A program made the position numbers and the translations under genes. From NCBI RefSeq assembly GCF_000315625.1, contig NW_005434656.1:820645-884644 (forward strand): a stretch of DNA of 64,000 bases, given 5' to 3'. Positions within the stretch are counted from its first letter, which is position 1, and every line of letters starts with the position of its first letter. The notes under the pieces are model-generated. The model worked only from the letters and a program-made list of their open reading frames with translations. It did not search any database and was not told the DNA's origin. The stretch is from Guillardia theta CCMP2712. Taxonomy: Eukaryota; Protista; Cryptophyta. This document shows, piece by piece, positions 49,041-61,464 of this stretch.

Positions 49041-50837
49041 CGCAGCCTTCTCGATCGTCGTCTGCGGCAAAGAGCACTCAAGTCACGTCGTGGGTTAAGG
49101 AGGACTCCTGGTTATCTCAGCGGTATGGGAGAAAACGTTTCGACAGACCGAGGTATCTGCACCCTCGCTTTCTTGTCTTGCTTCGCCGCGCCCGGGGCTC
49201 TGCACCACGGGTGACTGCCGGGTGTTCACTGAGTGCCGCAATGACTTCACTGTTTCATATCACGTAACTTGAACTGTTCGAGCAGGACCGCACAGTTGCC
49301 CCTTGGTGCGGCCTCAGCGCCGTTTGGGATCAGCCTGGATTGACCGGCCACTTCAAGTTCTCAGGCGCGATCGTAGCCTTAGTGCCTCGGACTCGTAACA
49401 CATGATAAGTTCCGAAACTTTCCGATCGACCATGCCAGTTTCAAGTGTCATTATGCCAGGACTCGAGTCCTGATAAGCTTGGCACATTGAAGGGCCTGCG
49501 GCCGCTGAGGCTCGGACACGCGGCAAACTTCGGAGTTCCAGGCAGTGTGAACGGCGTCCAGTCAGCGGCCGGTAGCCTGGCGGCCTTCCGTTCCGGGTCA
49601 ACTTTATCGGGGGGACCGTGTGGACTCGAGTCGAGCGGCCGACTCGGCGAGTCACGGCACGGTCACCGGGTGCGCAACGGCCGGGGCCGGCCAGCCTGGC
49701 AGCCCGGCTACTACGGTACGGTATCAGTACAGTACGAGGACAATCAGCCTGAGGGTAGAGCTGGCTTGACCGGCCCTGACACTGTCGCACACGGCGGCGA
49801 GAAGAGAAAAGACAGCCCGGCGCAGTCACTGTCCGATCGTACGGTCCGGGCTGTGACGGTGCCGGTGCCATGTATAGTACGGTCAGAGTCAACTTGCAGG
49901 GGGCCTTCCGAGTTCGCCTCGGAGTCACTTGTCAGACGGTCCGATCAAGAGCCGCTATGCCCCTTGCCACGCAAGCAACTCAGCCCATGAGTACCACTAC
50001 CCTCTCTTTGGATCCTTCTCTTATGTTGCACCGGTGGTTTTGACTTAGATCTGATGGGTATCCCATCGACGATGGAGGTTCAGTAGGGTGGTAGTAGTCT
50101 TGTACGACCCTACCTCTAATGCCTGATCGCTCCTCTTTCCTGCTGAAGGGGAGAGAGGATGCGGGAGTCGTGCGAGCATGTTGCAAGATAGATAGATAGA
50201 TAGATAGATAGAGGAGCGAAGCAAAGCGATGGAGGATAGAAGAGAAGATATGCATAGTGTGAGAGAGCAGAGGGGTTCGAAAAGACAAGAGGGATGAAGA
50301 AAAGATGGAAAAGAGCAGCGAGATGCTGGGCGCGAAATTAGCACTCTGTTGCAAAGAAGCAAATGAGCGAAATACCGGCAATCAAAACGATTGAAAAACG
50401 TCACGAAATGGCGAAAGACTTTGAGCGTGGGGGATGAGCAAGCTCCTTAAATCTGAAGAGCAGAGCTTGTCCGCTGCTAGTTTGCTGAAATATTGTGAGA
50501 ACAAAGGATCACTCTGCGACCCTCAGTCGCACTTTATTCTTATGCTCTGTATTTGCTGCTCGGGTCAATTCTGTCTGTTCGTTTTTAGCTTTACTGTGGA
50601 GATGGCGCGTCAACCATACTGTGGTTTTAAATGCAGAACATACTTTTGATGAACGTTTCCTGTAGTTGATCATTGTGAAGCAGCTACCGTGTTGTTGTGT
50701 TTTTCAGGGAAAATGGGCGAAGAGCAAGCTGTCTTTATTTCTTCCCTGTGTTCCCCCTTCTAACCATCTCTCTGAGGACTCCCAAACTTTTGATGCTACT
50801 CAAGAATACATATCAATGTGCTGACGGATTTGTGTAG

Positions 50838-51648
50838 ATGCCTCGTGAAAGGACCTTTATTATGATCAAGCCTGATGGCGTGCAAAGGGGACTTGTTGCT
50901 AAGATCATCGAGAGGTTTGAGCAGAAGGGCTTCAAGCTGGTGGGTCAGCTTTGTTTAACATAATTTTTTATTGTGCAAGATTTGACGAAAAGGTCAAAAG
51001 GTTGGTTTGAAGTTTATGCAAGCGTCTGAGGATCTGCTGAAGGAGCACTATGCCGACCTTTCTTCCAAGCCTTTCTTCGCTGTAAGCTACTTTTGAGGGA
51101 TGAAATGCGACCGGTTCTGAGGTAAACTCAAGGGTTTGGTGGAGTACATGAAGTCTGGCCCTGTTGTTCCCATGGTGAGTACGGCAATGTCATTTCTTAA
51201 CATCAGCGGACAAATGCCGTGATAGAGCAGGGCAGCTTACATTGTCAATATCTGAAATTATGTGTAGGTTTGGGAGGGGGATGGTGTGGTGAAGGCTGGA
51301 CGCACCCTGTTGGGAGCCACCAAGTATTTTGATTAGCTATCAGTGGTTCTCGAAGTTGACAACGAGATTCGCAGACCATCTGAGTCCGCCCCTGGCTCCA
51401 TCCGTGGAGATTTCTGCATTGACGTTGGTCGAAACATCTGTGAGGATTTAGATTTGATAGAGTATTTTCTGAGTCTCCTTCCAGGCCACGGATCTGATGC
51501 TGTGGAATCAGCGAACAAGGAGATTGCTCTTTGGTTCAAGCCTGAGGTAGTTTTCTGAATCTCTGCACACTGTCTCGATTCATGGTTTTCTTTCCAGGAG
51601 CTTGTTGATTGGAAGTCTCACTCGGAGTCATGGGTCTATGAGAAGTGA
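50838..51648 (+). CDS. NDK: Nucleoside diphosphate kinase (group I), 7 exons
   Basis: [20 protein letters not shown]...[11 protein letters not shown]...SGPVVPM|VWEG...[17 protein letters not shown]|[20 protein letters not shown]. Confidence 0.96.
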
Positions 51649-51954
51649 ACTGATGACCATCATGTAGAGCAACGGATGTTCAGTACAGCTGTTGTAATCG
51701 ATGCTTTCATTCTCATTTTTATAGAGGTTTCTACTACCACAACTGCAACTCCACCATCAAGCTCAACACCATTCCTATATCTCCGTTTTCATATTCATCG
51801 GGGGGTATTCAAATCCAATCAGAATCCAATCGGAAGTGGAATGGTACAAGTTTTCACCTCAAGTCTGTTCCTAACACTTTCAGCAACATTTGGGTATTTA
51901 TTGATTTAAAATACATGGTGTGACAACCAGGCTTGATGTAACATGCACACAGCA

Positions 51955-52266
51955 TCACCCTGACAAACTGGTTTGACTGCTCGACCTGCTAAGGCTTCTC
52001 CTATCATACAACGAAGGAAGCTTGACATCCTTCCTTGGTAACAACCCATCTGAATGTTCGACGATAAGTTCTTCAATCAAGTTTATGGAGTTCCATAAAC
52101 TTGCAAGTTGCTTGCGTTTGGAAGGTCTGATTCGTTTCCAAGTGTCCATCCTCAGTCCAAAAGGGAGCTCTGATTCCGGTTCCGATTCTGCTTCTTGCTC
52201 ATCACGTTTCTCTGAAGGCTGTATCGAAGCGTCGAAGCTGTCTGATCTCGGCATGTGTGAGCACAT
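51955..52266 (-). CDS. Small intronless protein, PFG...W...NSI..LPSLY family, copy 1
   Basis: Shares a conserved block with 53079-53372 and 54588-54899. Confidence 0.7.
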   Translation of the reverse strand: MCSHMPRSDSFDASIQPSEKRDEQEAESEPESELPFGLRMDTWKRIRPSKRKQLASLWNSINLIEELIVEHSDGLLPRKDVKLPSLYDRRSLSRSSSQTSLSG

Positions 52267-53078
52267 TGATTCGTGCTGAATGTTATACTTGTTCGAAGCT
52301 GTTACCCTCCAGAGCTGTCAATCGGGTATATATCGTGCTTGGTATAGGCGACCTTCTCCGTTCGACGATGGGATGCGCCCCACCCCCACCCATGTCTCGA
52401 AGAACCCTTACAGGCACGTACCCACCCCACAGTATTCGACGAACTACCCGGTACTATCCTCCTCATGCTATTCATGTCAAGTACCCCTACCCACCCGTGC
52501 TCGAATAGGTCATTCATCCTCGTGACAGTATCTATTGATAGCAACGTTTCGCATCTCAGCAGGAACATTGTGGCGAAACGGTGTCTTTTTCTTGAAGAAG
52601 TCGGGGCCCAAAAATCCAAGTAAACCTCCTTCACCAAGACGGTAGAGGGGGACATCCGAGGGGAGCTCGGAACTCGACCATGACTGATCTCTGACGGTCC
52701 AGCGCGTTCCAGCCCGGTCACGCGCAGGCTACGGCCTTGGGACCGCCTGGTCTGCCGCGTGTCATCAGATATCCTCAGCGTGACCGGATACTCGCTCGAG
52801 GGCTCTCGAAACGACATCCCAACGACGATGGTCACACGTGCACCGGGGTATGTATCCAGGTGACGCATGTAGTAAAGAAAACGTTCACGCGACCATGGGC
52901 GCGTGTCTCGTGATCAGGGTTGGCCGGCCCCTTGTCGGCCTCATGCTCCGAAGAAGTTTGAAAAATTCATTTTTGGAAAACTTAGAAGAACTGAAAAGAC
53001 GTGTTATCAGCTTTACCTGGGTCTGCCCTGTATAAAGTAGACTTGCGAAGGTCTGCGGACCATAACAACGAACCGACC

Positions 53079-53372
53079 ATGCACTGCCACGCGGGAAACA
53101 GCAGCTCTGTAGAGAGCAACAGGAAGATTGAAGCATCATATGTCGACCACCCTTCACAAGCCTCCGCGGTTTTTCCTTTCGGGTTGACAGAACAGAAATG
53201 GAACAGCCTTTCACCCGAAAAGCGCTGGAAACTGAAGTGTCTGTCGAACTCTATCGCCTTGGTTGAAGAAAGAATCGCGAACAAGGGACATGGCAACAAC
53301 ATCATTACAGAGGCTGCTCTCCCATCCTTGTACACAAGATATAGAGGTTCACAGAGAAAATCATGCAACTAA
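53079..53372 (+). CDS. Small intronless protein, PFG...W...NSI..LPSLY family, copy 2
   Basis: FPFGLTEQKWNSLSPEKRWKLKCLSNSIALVEERI...LPSLYTR. Confidence 0.7.
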   Translation: MHCHAGNSSSVESNRKIEASYVDHPSQASAVFPFGLTEQKWNSLSPEKRWKLKCLSNSIALVEERIANKGHGNNIITEAALPSLYTRYRGSQRKSCN

Positions 53373-54587
53373 GTTGGCATGCGTGTTATGATAGTCATGT
53401 TTTGTAAATATTTATGTTTGAAATAAATCTTTGTGCTAATGGTTGTTGCATTGAGAATGCCAAGGGTTCACACAACCCTGTAGTCTAGTCATTCGCGTCT
53501 TGCCTTCACTTGCCGACTCTTGTTCGTTGTAAGTTGTGTCGATAAAAAAGGATCATTCACCCCCTATCCCGCAATAACGAAATTTTGAAGTTACGTGCCG
53601 GAATTCTATCGGACGAGGAAAATCTTAGCCCGAAGGAGGTTCAATGCTTCCCATACATCTTTTCGGTGTGGTAAATTTTCCTGCAGTCGAATCTCTTTCT
53701 TGAAAACATTGATTTCTCACTGAGCTCTGGCAAAACAAGCTCAAATCAGACCAGACTGACTCAAGGCAAGAGTCAGCACTCGTGGATGGGCTAAGTGATG
53801 ATCTCATTATCGACATAGTCAGACAAGTGGACTCTCAAACGACTGAAAGCATTCAACGGCTAGATGTGCTCAGGAGGAAACCCAGGGGGCCGAATGAGTT
53901 ACAACCCCAGTTCTTTTCATGAGCATATGTAAGAATCAGGCTCCTCAGCTTGCAGGGTCTGTTCTGGTCTGTTCTGATTTTGTGGTTTGGAAGGCTTGTC
54001 TATTGTCGCTAGTAAAGTATCCATTATTGTTCTTTACCTTGAGGGGTGGTCCAGCGGAGGCGCCTTGAGTTTGAGTCATTCGTTTGGACGTCTTCAACCC
54101 GCAAAGCTACGGGTTATGATATTATGATGTAAGAAGAAGAAAAGAAATTCTTGATCAATCATGATTACGACAAAGCTTGCAAGAGTTGGTGCTCTTTGTG
54201 TGTGATGGTGATGTCTTGTTGATGTTTGAGGCCATGAAAGCGTAATTGGAGGGTCAAGTATTGGCAGAAAACACCAACCTTACGAAAGCTTGTTGTTTGG
54301 GTTCGATCAGTTGGTCGTAATGAAACTCTTTGTTTTGGAAATTGTCGGAGCTCTGACATTACATTAATTCTCATTTCCGCAAGCGACCAGCCTCCGTTGC
54401 ATCAGAACTCTGACAGACACATGTTGACGAATCAATGAGGCACCAGTGCCTCGAATCCATACTCCTGTTTCAAGGAAATCTGGAGAAGAAAAGGGTGTTG
54501 TTGAAACTTGAGAATTCCAATCGAAAAACTTTATTATTATGTACAAATAGAACGTGGACGCACGCATATACCTTCAGTGAACTCAAT

Positions 54588-54899
54588 CTACAAATGTTCT
54601 CGACTACTGCTGCGGCTCATGCTTTTCCTATCATAAAGAGAAGGTAATTTCACGTTCTTCCGGTCTGCAGCACCATGTTGAACTTCAGCCGAAATGAGAT
54701 CTTCCACAAGGCGGATGGAGTTCCACAAGCTCTCCAACTGCCTTCTCCTCAAGGGCTTCAGCTTGTTCCATTCTGCTGTGCTGATTCCGAATGGACAAGC
54801 GAAGGTCTCGCAATCTTCTTCTTCGTCGAGGCTGAAATCTCTTTCTGCCGGTTTGATTTCATGGTTAGCTGTCACATCTTCGTGGAACATGTTGATCAT
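54588..54899 (-). CDS. Small intronless protein, PFG...W...NSI..LPSLY family, copy 3
   Basis: CPFGISTAEWNKLKPLRRRQLESLWNSIRLVEDLI...VKLPSLYDRKSMSRSSS. Confidence 0.7.
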   Translation of the reverse strand: MINMFHEDVTANHEIKPAERDFSLDEEEDCETFACPFGISTAEWNKLKPLRRRQLESLWNSIRLVEDLISAEVQHGAADRKNVKLPSLYDRKSMSRSSSREHL

Positions 54900-57279
54900 G
54901 GCTGCGTAGGTGTGGAAGGGATCTTGACAAACCTTGCTCACCGTCCAAACTCATATTTTGCCTCCCCCTCACTGGAACTGATCGGTTCGTATCTCAGCCC
55001 TCGAAAACACGTTATTTCATAGCACAATTGGATATGTCACGCGGATGCTTACCGATGTCACATGGCTGGAGCCCTTTTCGAGCGCCAAGAAGGTGAACCC
55101 GTTGATTGTTGTGACGAAACGATTCTTTATCACGTCGTTTCGACCTGGTACTAATGGATCTTTCCCGCCAAAACGTCAGACCGCACCACATACCTCCGAG
55201 GCGGACTTCTCTGTGCCGGCCCGAAACTTCTGCCCTTCGGAAGTGGAGCCGCCAAGGGGCCCCGGGCTCGGGCGCGGGAACAATGAGGGAACAATGAGAC
55301 GGCCCCCCGCATCCCATCGGTCGACTGGAGGGTCTGAGGGGGCCGATCCGACTGCCGCGCGGTCAAACTGGCCTCCTCTTCTCTAGAGTCACGGTACCCT
55401 ATGATCGTTCAACCTTGAAGTCACGATAGTGTACTGAATGATGGCTGATCGGATTCAGGTGACTCGTGACCCATCAGTGCTAGTCACGCAGGGAATCAGG
55501 ATCGGACCGGGGCTCAGCAGCACTGGGCACTGACTCGGAGACTGCACACTGAGAGACTCATGAGCATCATGGCCACTGCGCGGCACATCGGATCGGCCGG
55601 AGCTGGAAGGGCCTCCCGCCGGGGTCCGTCGGACCGTTGGTGGCCCCGCCGAGTGGGTGGGCCGGCCGGGCGCCGCCGTACTAAGCCCAGGCTGTACGGC
55701 CGCGAGGGTCACGTAGTACCCAGTTAGATCAGAGACTCAGGCTCGCCGCGCCGCAGTGTCCATCCGTCGCAGAACTTCACTCCCGAAGCCGCTAGAAGGT
55801 TGCTCAGTAACTTCAGTAACTTTCAGCGTATGAAGTCAATCAGTCGGCCCCAGTGTGGCAGTCGTCGGATGGGCCCATTACTTTGGGTAAACCGCACAGT
55901 ACGGCTTCTACAGTTCGATTTAACTACGCAAGCAGCTCGAAGTGTGCATCGCAATGACAACTTAGCATCCTCAACATTGCGTCACACATCATGAATCCTG
56001 GACAGTGTTCTTCAATTCATTGCAACGAGCTAATTGGCAAGTTAGAGGACGTCGAGCTTACCACCTCACCATGTACAAAGCACGGGGAGCTACCATCATC
56101 TGCAAGACAGGGCTCACAGGGTGTAAATAAAATCAAACAGATGTCAGCACCCTTCCATGGGAGCGCACAGCGTCCTCCTCAGAATCGCATCCATCAAAGC
56201 TGATCCCCATGGTCTGCAACCAACAGGCGATCAGTCCTCACATCTTCCGGCACAAGTCATACTGACCGATTCAGTGTCAGGAGGGTTCCAAACCTGCCAT
56301 CGGAAACTCAGATGAGGAAGAACCAAGAAATTCTGCTCACGTCGCCAGAGGCCGTGTTGTCAGGCATGTCAAGGAAGGGGCCCATCTGGGGCTCGCCGTT
56401 CCCCTTGAAGAAGGATACGTCTGGATGCAGGTAGTACAGAATTCTCTGAGGGAGGACCTTGAAGAACTGCAACAGCCGTCAACCTCTTGGTCACAAAGGA
56501 TGAGATGTCGTGGCCATCAGGTGGCAATGAGTTCCAAACAGATAAACAGCAAACATCGAGAGTGACATGAAACATGCTCAAAGAAATCAGGGTGTGGGTT
56601 TCATGTTTCGGAGAAGATAGGGAGGTGGGAAAGCACTTGAATGAGAGATCATGAAGAAGCCAGGATAGACACATCTATTTCTGCACAAAACCAAACAAAA
56701 ACTGAACTGATAAGGACTCGAACTGAACTTGAAAAGGACTCGTTCAGTTTTCAATAATCAAAGCAAGGAATAAGATCTGAAGAAAACTCACGAAATGATT
56801 GCAGCATATCAATCAATAAAGGCCGACAAACAAACAGAACAATTCAAAGATTTCGCTTGAACCAAAAACCAAACGACAAACAAAAATCCCAATACTGAGT
56901 AGAGCCCATTATACGAGTCAACAATCGCCCCATTCCTCATTGTTCATCATATTCATTTCGCATTTGTATAGTCACAACGTCAGCGTCAGCAGCTCCCTGC
57001 TACTTCTAGATGCTGCCCCCGTCGCTTCATTCTCACCATGTCGCCAAGTGTCGTGTGAACTACCCCACCGGTCTATGAGCACCGGAAGGGGGACAGGGGG
57101 GGGTGGGGGTAGGTGCAATTCTCTAGATTATTTTCAGTTCTCAGTAATTTGTCCCTGGCCCGGACATGCCCGGACAAGCACCCGGGGGCCTGACCGGCCC
57201 GGCGCACCGCAACACTACTGACAGGTTTCGTGCGGCGGGCTCAGTCCTTGCGCCGTGTTACAAAGGGGAACGCGTGGCT

Positions 57280-58809
57280 ATGGCGAACAGGTCGAGGAGT
57301 GAGGAGAAGGGGAGGGAGAAGGGGAGGGGGACAACAAGCAGGTCGAAGGTGCTGCTTCTGACCATGATCTCGATGAGCCTGCTCGACTGGTGCAGTTGCT
57401 TCATGCTTTCTCCTTCCCAGAGCTCGTTCTTGTCTAAGGCCTGCAGTCCTTCCAAGGTTGCAGGCTCCCCATCCTTCCAACCTTCCAACGCGCGAAAGTT
57501 TGTCAGGACAGCGAACCCTCGACCGATGTCTTTGAAAATGAGAGAAGAGGAGGGAAAGAGGGACAACGCGATTGATCGCCGAGATGTCGCCAGACTCGTT
57601 AGTGGGGCCGTCGGATTGACTGCTTTTCAGCTCTTCGGGTGTGTTGATGTTTGTTGTCTCAATGATGTGTCAACTGACAGTCAGACAAGAAGCAAACCAG
57701 CAGATGCATTCACAATGAAGGCAGTGATGAAAGTCTGGAATGATCCTTCCATCTTCATCAAGGTCTTGGATCCCAAGGTGGAGGACGAGGCACTCAGCAG
57801 GTGGGCAAGGATTTGTTGGAACAAGATTCAGCAGCTGAGTTGAATCCTTCTACAGGTACAGGAGATCGTTGAGATCCGTGTCTTCTCTCACTAAAGCAGA
57901 AGCGGTCATGCTCCATCTCTCGCTAGCTCCCCTCTCTCTAGAATCCTGACGGGATTTCTTCTCACAGGCTGCGTACACGGTTGAGTTTGACGAGTTCGTG
58001 GAGGCTGTGTCGAAGGTTCCGACTTGACAGTGCTGCCTGCAAGCTCATTGATTTCCTGCTGCTCCTGCCCTCAGGTGAAGAAAGTGAAGATCGGAGATCA
58101 GATCGTCGAGAACCCAACGGAAGAGCAGCTGTTGAAGGTGAGCCTGCTTCGTCTGAGGTTTCGACCCCTTGAATGTTCCCGCCCTGTCGGGTCTCTGCAG
58201 GCCTGGAAGGAGGAGGAGATCAGACGGGCTAAGGAGAGAGAAGAGAAAGGGGACGAGCCGTTGACCAGGCCTGTGAGACTCAAGGAGGAGCAGTCGGACA
58301 AACTGCAGACTTACTTCCTCCCTCCTGTTGTCACCAAAGACTCGACTGCACAGGTCCATGGCCTTGTTGGGCGCTAATGTTGGCTGATGACATCGTCGTC
58401 AGACCATCGCTCTCGGCAAGCACCTGCAGTCTGTTGGAGCTGTGATGTACGGTGCCTACTGGTGCTCTCACTGCTACAACCAGAAGCAGGTGAGAGAGAG
58501 GAGGCGTGTCGTTGATACTGTTGTTGTTCTGTGACATGTTCTGGGGTAGCTTCTTGGAAGGCAAGTCGCAGATGAGACGTTGAAGTATGTTGAGTGCGAC
58601 AAGAAGGGTGCTTACAGCAAGCGCGACATGTGCAAGGAGAAGAAGGTGAGAAACGCATGAACGGGTAAGGGAGGGGGGGCGGGGGTCTGACCTGGGGACA
58701 GGTTCCGGGGTTCCCAACGTGGGAGATCAATGGCGAGCTGTTCCCTGGTGAGAAGAGCCTGGAGGAGCTGGCGAAAATCTCCGGGTTCGATCTTTCCTCG
58801 GTGAAGTGA
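57280..58809 (+). CDS. Thylakoid-lumen-targeted LTO1/SynDsbAB-type thioredoxin-like protein without a VKOR domain; multi-exon
   Basis: Hydrophobic signal ending CSC-F, Ser-rich transit, twin-Arg RRDVARLVSGAVGLTAF..PADA. Spliced C-terminus TIALGKHLQSVGAVMYGAYWCSHCYNQKQ|LLG..YVECD..C..|VPGFPTWEINGELFPGEKSLEELAKISG*. Confidence 0.85.
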
Positions 58810-59117
58810 GGAGAGGAGGGAGATGGTGGAACAGGAGGGAAGGGGATGGGATGGGAAAGGAGCTGGAGTGATTGAGAACTGCATTCTTGTTTTCACCAAG
58901 AAGAGATAGTGTTGTTTCAGTTGGTCCCTTCCTCCTGTGTTCCTCCCCTTCAAAGGGCGTCCAGTGCTTGACTGTTAAGATGCTAATCTGCAAACCGCCT
59001 GCTCCTCAGCAGTCTTGTTGTTCACCTCGAGTACTTCTCATGAAACGTAAGGAACGTTTCGCCCGGCAGCCTGACAGTGGGTGTATCAAGAGTTTGCTCA
59101 CAACCAACGATGGGGCG

Positions 59118-59515
59118 TCACCCGTACAGCGACTGAGCGTTCTTGACCAGCAGCTCAACTCGATCGTATTGATGGACTAGAGCAACAACGTTTCCATCGC
59201 ACTGGTTCATCCCGTCACTCGAGACCCTCCCGATGCAGCAGCTTCACCTTGTCTCCTTCCAGTTCCCCGCAGCCAGTTAAGACTTCCCCGTCCTGCATCG
59301 TCCAGCAGTCACGGCGGGCAAGTTAGTAAGCGTGTTTGCCCTCCTCCTCCCTTTCCTCGTTTGTGTAAATCTTCTTCATTGTCCCTACGGTAGCTAGCAA
59401 GCTCGTCTCCGCATCATAGCTCGTCACTTCCATCACCTGTGAAATGTCATCATGAGCTTGTTGAGCAGCGTCTCCGGCAATATCATCGTCATCTTCATTG
59501 TTATCATCATCATCA

Positions 59516-59549
<34 letters not shown>

Positions 59550-59588
59550 CATCACGACCACCATTACGACCACCATTACGACCACGAC

Positions 59589-59660
<72 letters not shown>

Positions 59661-61283
59661 CATCTTTCTCATACCTTCTCCAGGTCTCCAGTCCACAACA
59701 TCTTGTTGTGCATCCCCTGATCATTGCACCAAGCTTTCCATCTCTTTGCTTCTCGTCATGCTACAGCCTCAAAACTAAAAAGGCGCTCACTGCTCCATCG
59801 AAAGTCGTTATTCTCCCCTCGAATCGTTTTCCCAAATCTTCTTTCACCTCTCGCACCTGCAGCAGCAATCTTCAACTCAAATTGTCATCAAAATAAACAT
59901 CATCATCAACATCATCTCTATCAGCGTCATTATTATTATCATCTACATTGTCTCCATTATCAAGATCATCGGCATCATCGTTTTGTCACCGTCCGTGCAG
60001 CTTCTTCTTCCATCATCGTGCAATATGTCAAGATCGCTTCTTGTGTCCCGATCACAGTTCCAGCGCACGACCTACTACTTCCCGCAATGGCCGGAAGCAC
60101 CTTAGAGAAGAAACAAGTCAATGTGAAGAGCGGGGAAAGATTGTGAGCTCACCTTGTCGGCATCATAGTCGGGACATTCAGACGTCAACCAGCTGAAAGA
60201 GGAGAAACGTGAGGAGACAACAAGAATGGCAAGCGTCTTAGGATGATCTGACATGTCTGCAAGGGTTGACCTGACATGATTGCAAGGTTTGAAGTGAAAT
60301 CATCTTACCCAACATGGATGGGACAGGCTCCTATCGTCAAGTGCGCCGGCTCGAGCGCAACCCCGATGCCTCGTTGGACTTTCTAGGAGGGAGAAGTTTG
60401 AAAGGACGGGGAGAGATGGCAAACAACTTACGAGGTACAAGAAGGGGTCTCTTTGAAAGAGAACATCTCTGATGTCGCAGAGGAGAACCTTTGCGGGCAC
60501 ATGTCAAGGAGGCGGAGCAATAAAGTTGCAAGGATTGAGAAGTCATGAAAGTTACGGAGCGCGCAAGAAACGAACAATCTGATAGACAACCTGATCGAAC
60601 TTGGTCGTCGACTTCTCCAGATATTCTCTAAAGAGGGTGAAACGATGAAGGTTCATCGGCCCTCTCTTAAGAGCAGAGTCACCCAGAAACAAAATTTCGC
60701 AAACAACATCATTAAAGACAACACGACAACACGACAATATCATCAAGGCATGCAAGAGGCATCGTTATGCACGACAACAAGACAATATCATCAAGGCATG
60801 CAAGAGGCATCGTTATGCACGACAACAAGACAAGCAAGATGTCGGCATGAAAGATAGCAAGACCACAACACAGCGTCAGGACACATCAAGATCCTCTCTA
60901 CCTCCGCGGACATCGACTTGTCGTCATATTCCACGATCTCGGCATCGAACACGTCCGCCACTTCTTGCAGATCGGCCCTCCCCCTCTCCGCGCTCATGAT
61001 AACAACCTGCCTCCTCCTCGCGTCAGACGCTCCTCATCGCGGCAAGTTTCACCTGCGCCATGCACCCCGTGCTCCTTAGAGACGCTAGGAACACCCGAAC
61101 CTCATAGGGCAGAAGGCCCTTCTGCGTGCCGAGGATAACGTTTCTCTGCCCTTCCTCAAGGGAGGAGGAGGAGGAGGAGGAGGAGGAGGAGGAGGAGGAG
61201 GAGGAGGAGGAGGAGGAGGAGGAGGTGTGGTGGTGGTGGTTGGAGGAGGAGGAGGAAGACACGTGTCCCAGGAGGAGAAGCAT
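59118..61283 (-). CDS. Putative GT-A-like glycosyltransferase (DxRDVxFQxDPF / DQGxHN / HQYDR family); multi-exon
   Basis: Exonic motifs VRVFLASLRSTG, LHRFTLFREYL, VLLCDIRDVLFQRDPF, AGTVIGT, NDQGMHN and LVHQYDR. The start is uncertain because it is adjacent to a gap. Confidence 0.7.
59500..59665. repeat. Compound (ATC)/(GTC) microsatellite, intronic
   Basis: Direct observation. Confidence 0.85.
60723..60833. repeat. 48-bp tandem duplication (about 2.3 copies), probably intronic
   Basis: acgacaac(a)gacaatatcatcaaggcatgcaagaggcatcgttatgc repeated. Confidence 0.85.
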
Positions 61284-61464
61284 GATAATTTAGTCCTGGA
61301 ACAGTCTATCCATCTTTGACCGTCTTGCTCCTGCTCGCTGGCTGGCTATCACACACCTCCCTGGNNNNNNNNNNNNNNNNNNNNNNNNNNNNNNNNNNNN
61401 NNNNNNNNNNNNNNNNNNNNNNNNNNNNNNNNNNNNNNNNNNNNNNNNNNNNNNNNNNNNNNNN

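Noticed and set aside
57968-58100. FtsH lumenal-domain-like peptide (EFDEFVEAVSK..VKKVKI)
   Set aside because: Too short, and followed by a Trx domain rather than an AAA protease.
59323-59896. Poly-D/H/M/I/S ORFs (also 6958-7397)
   Set aside because: Translations of intronic trinucleotide microsatellites.
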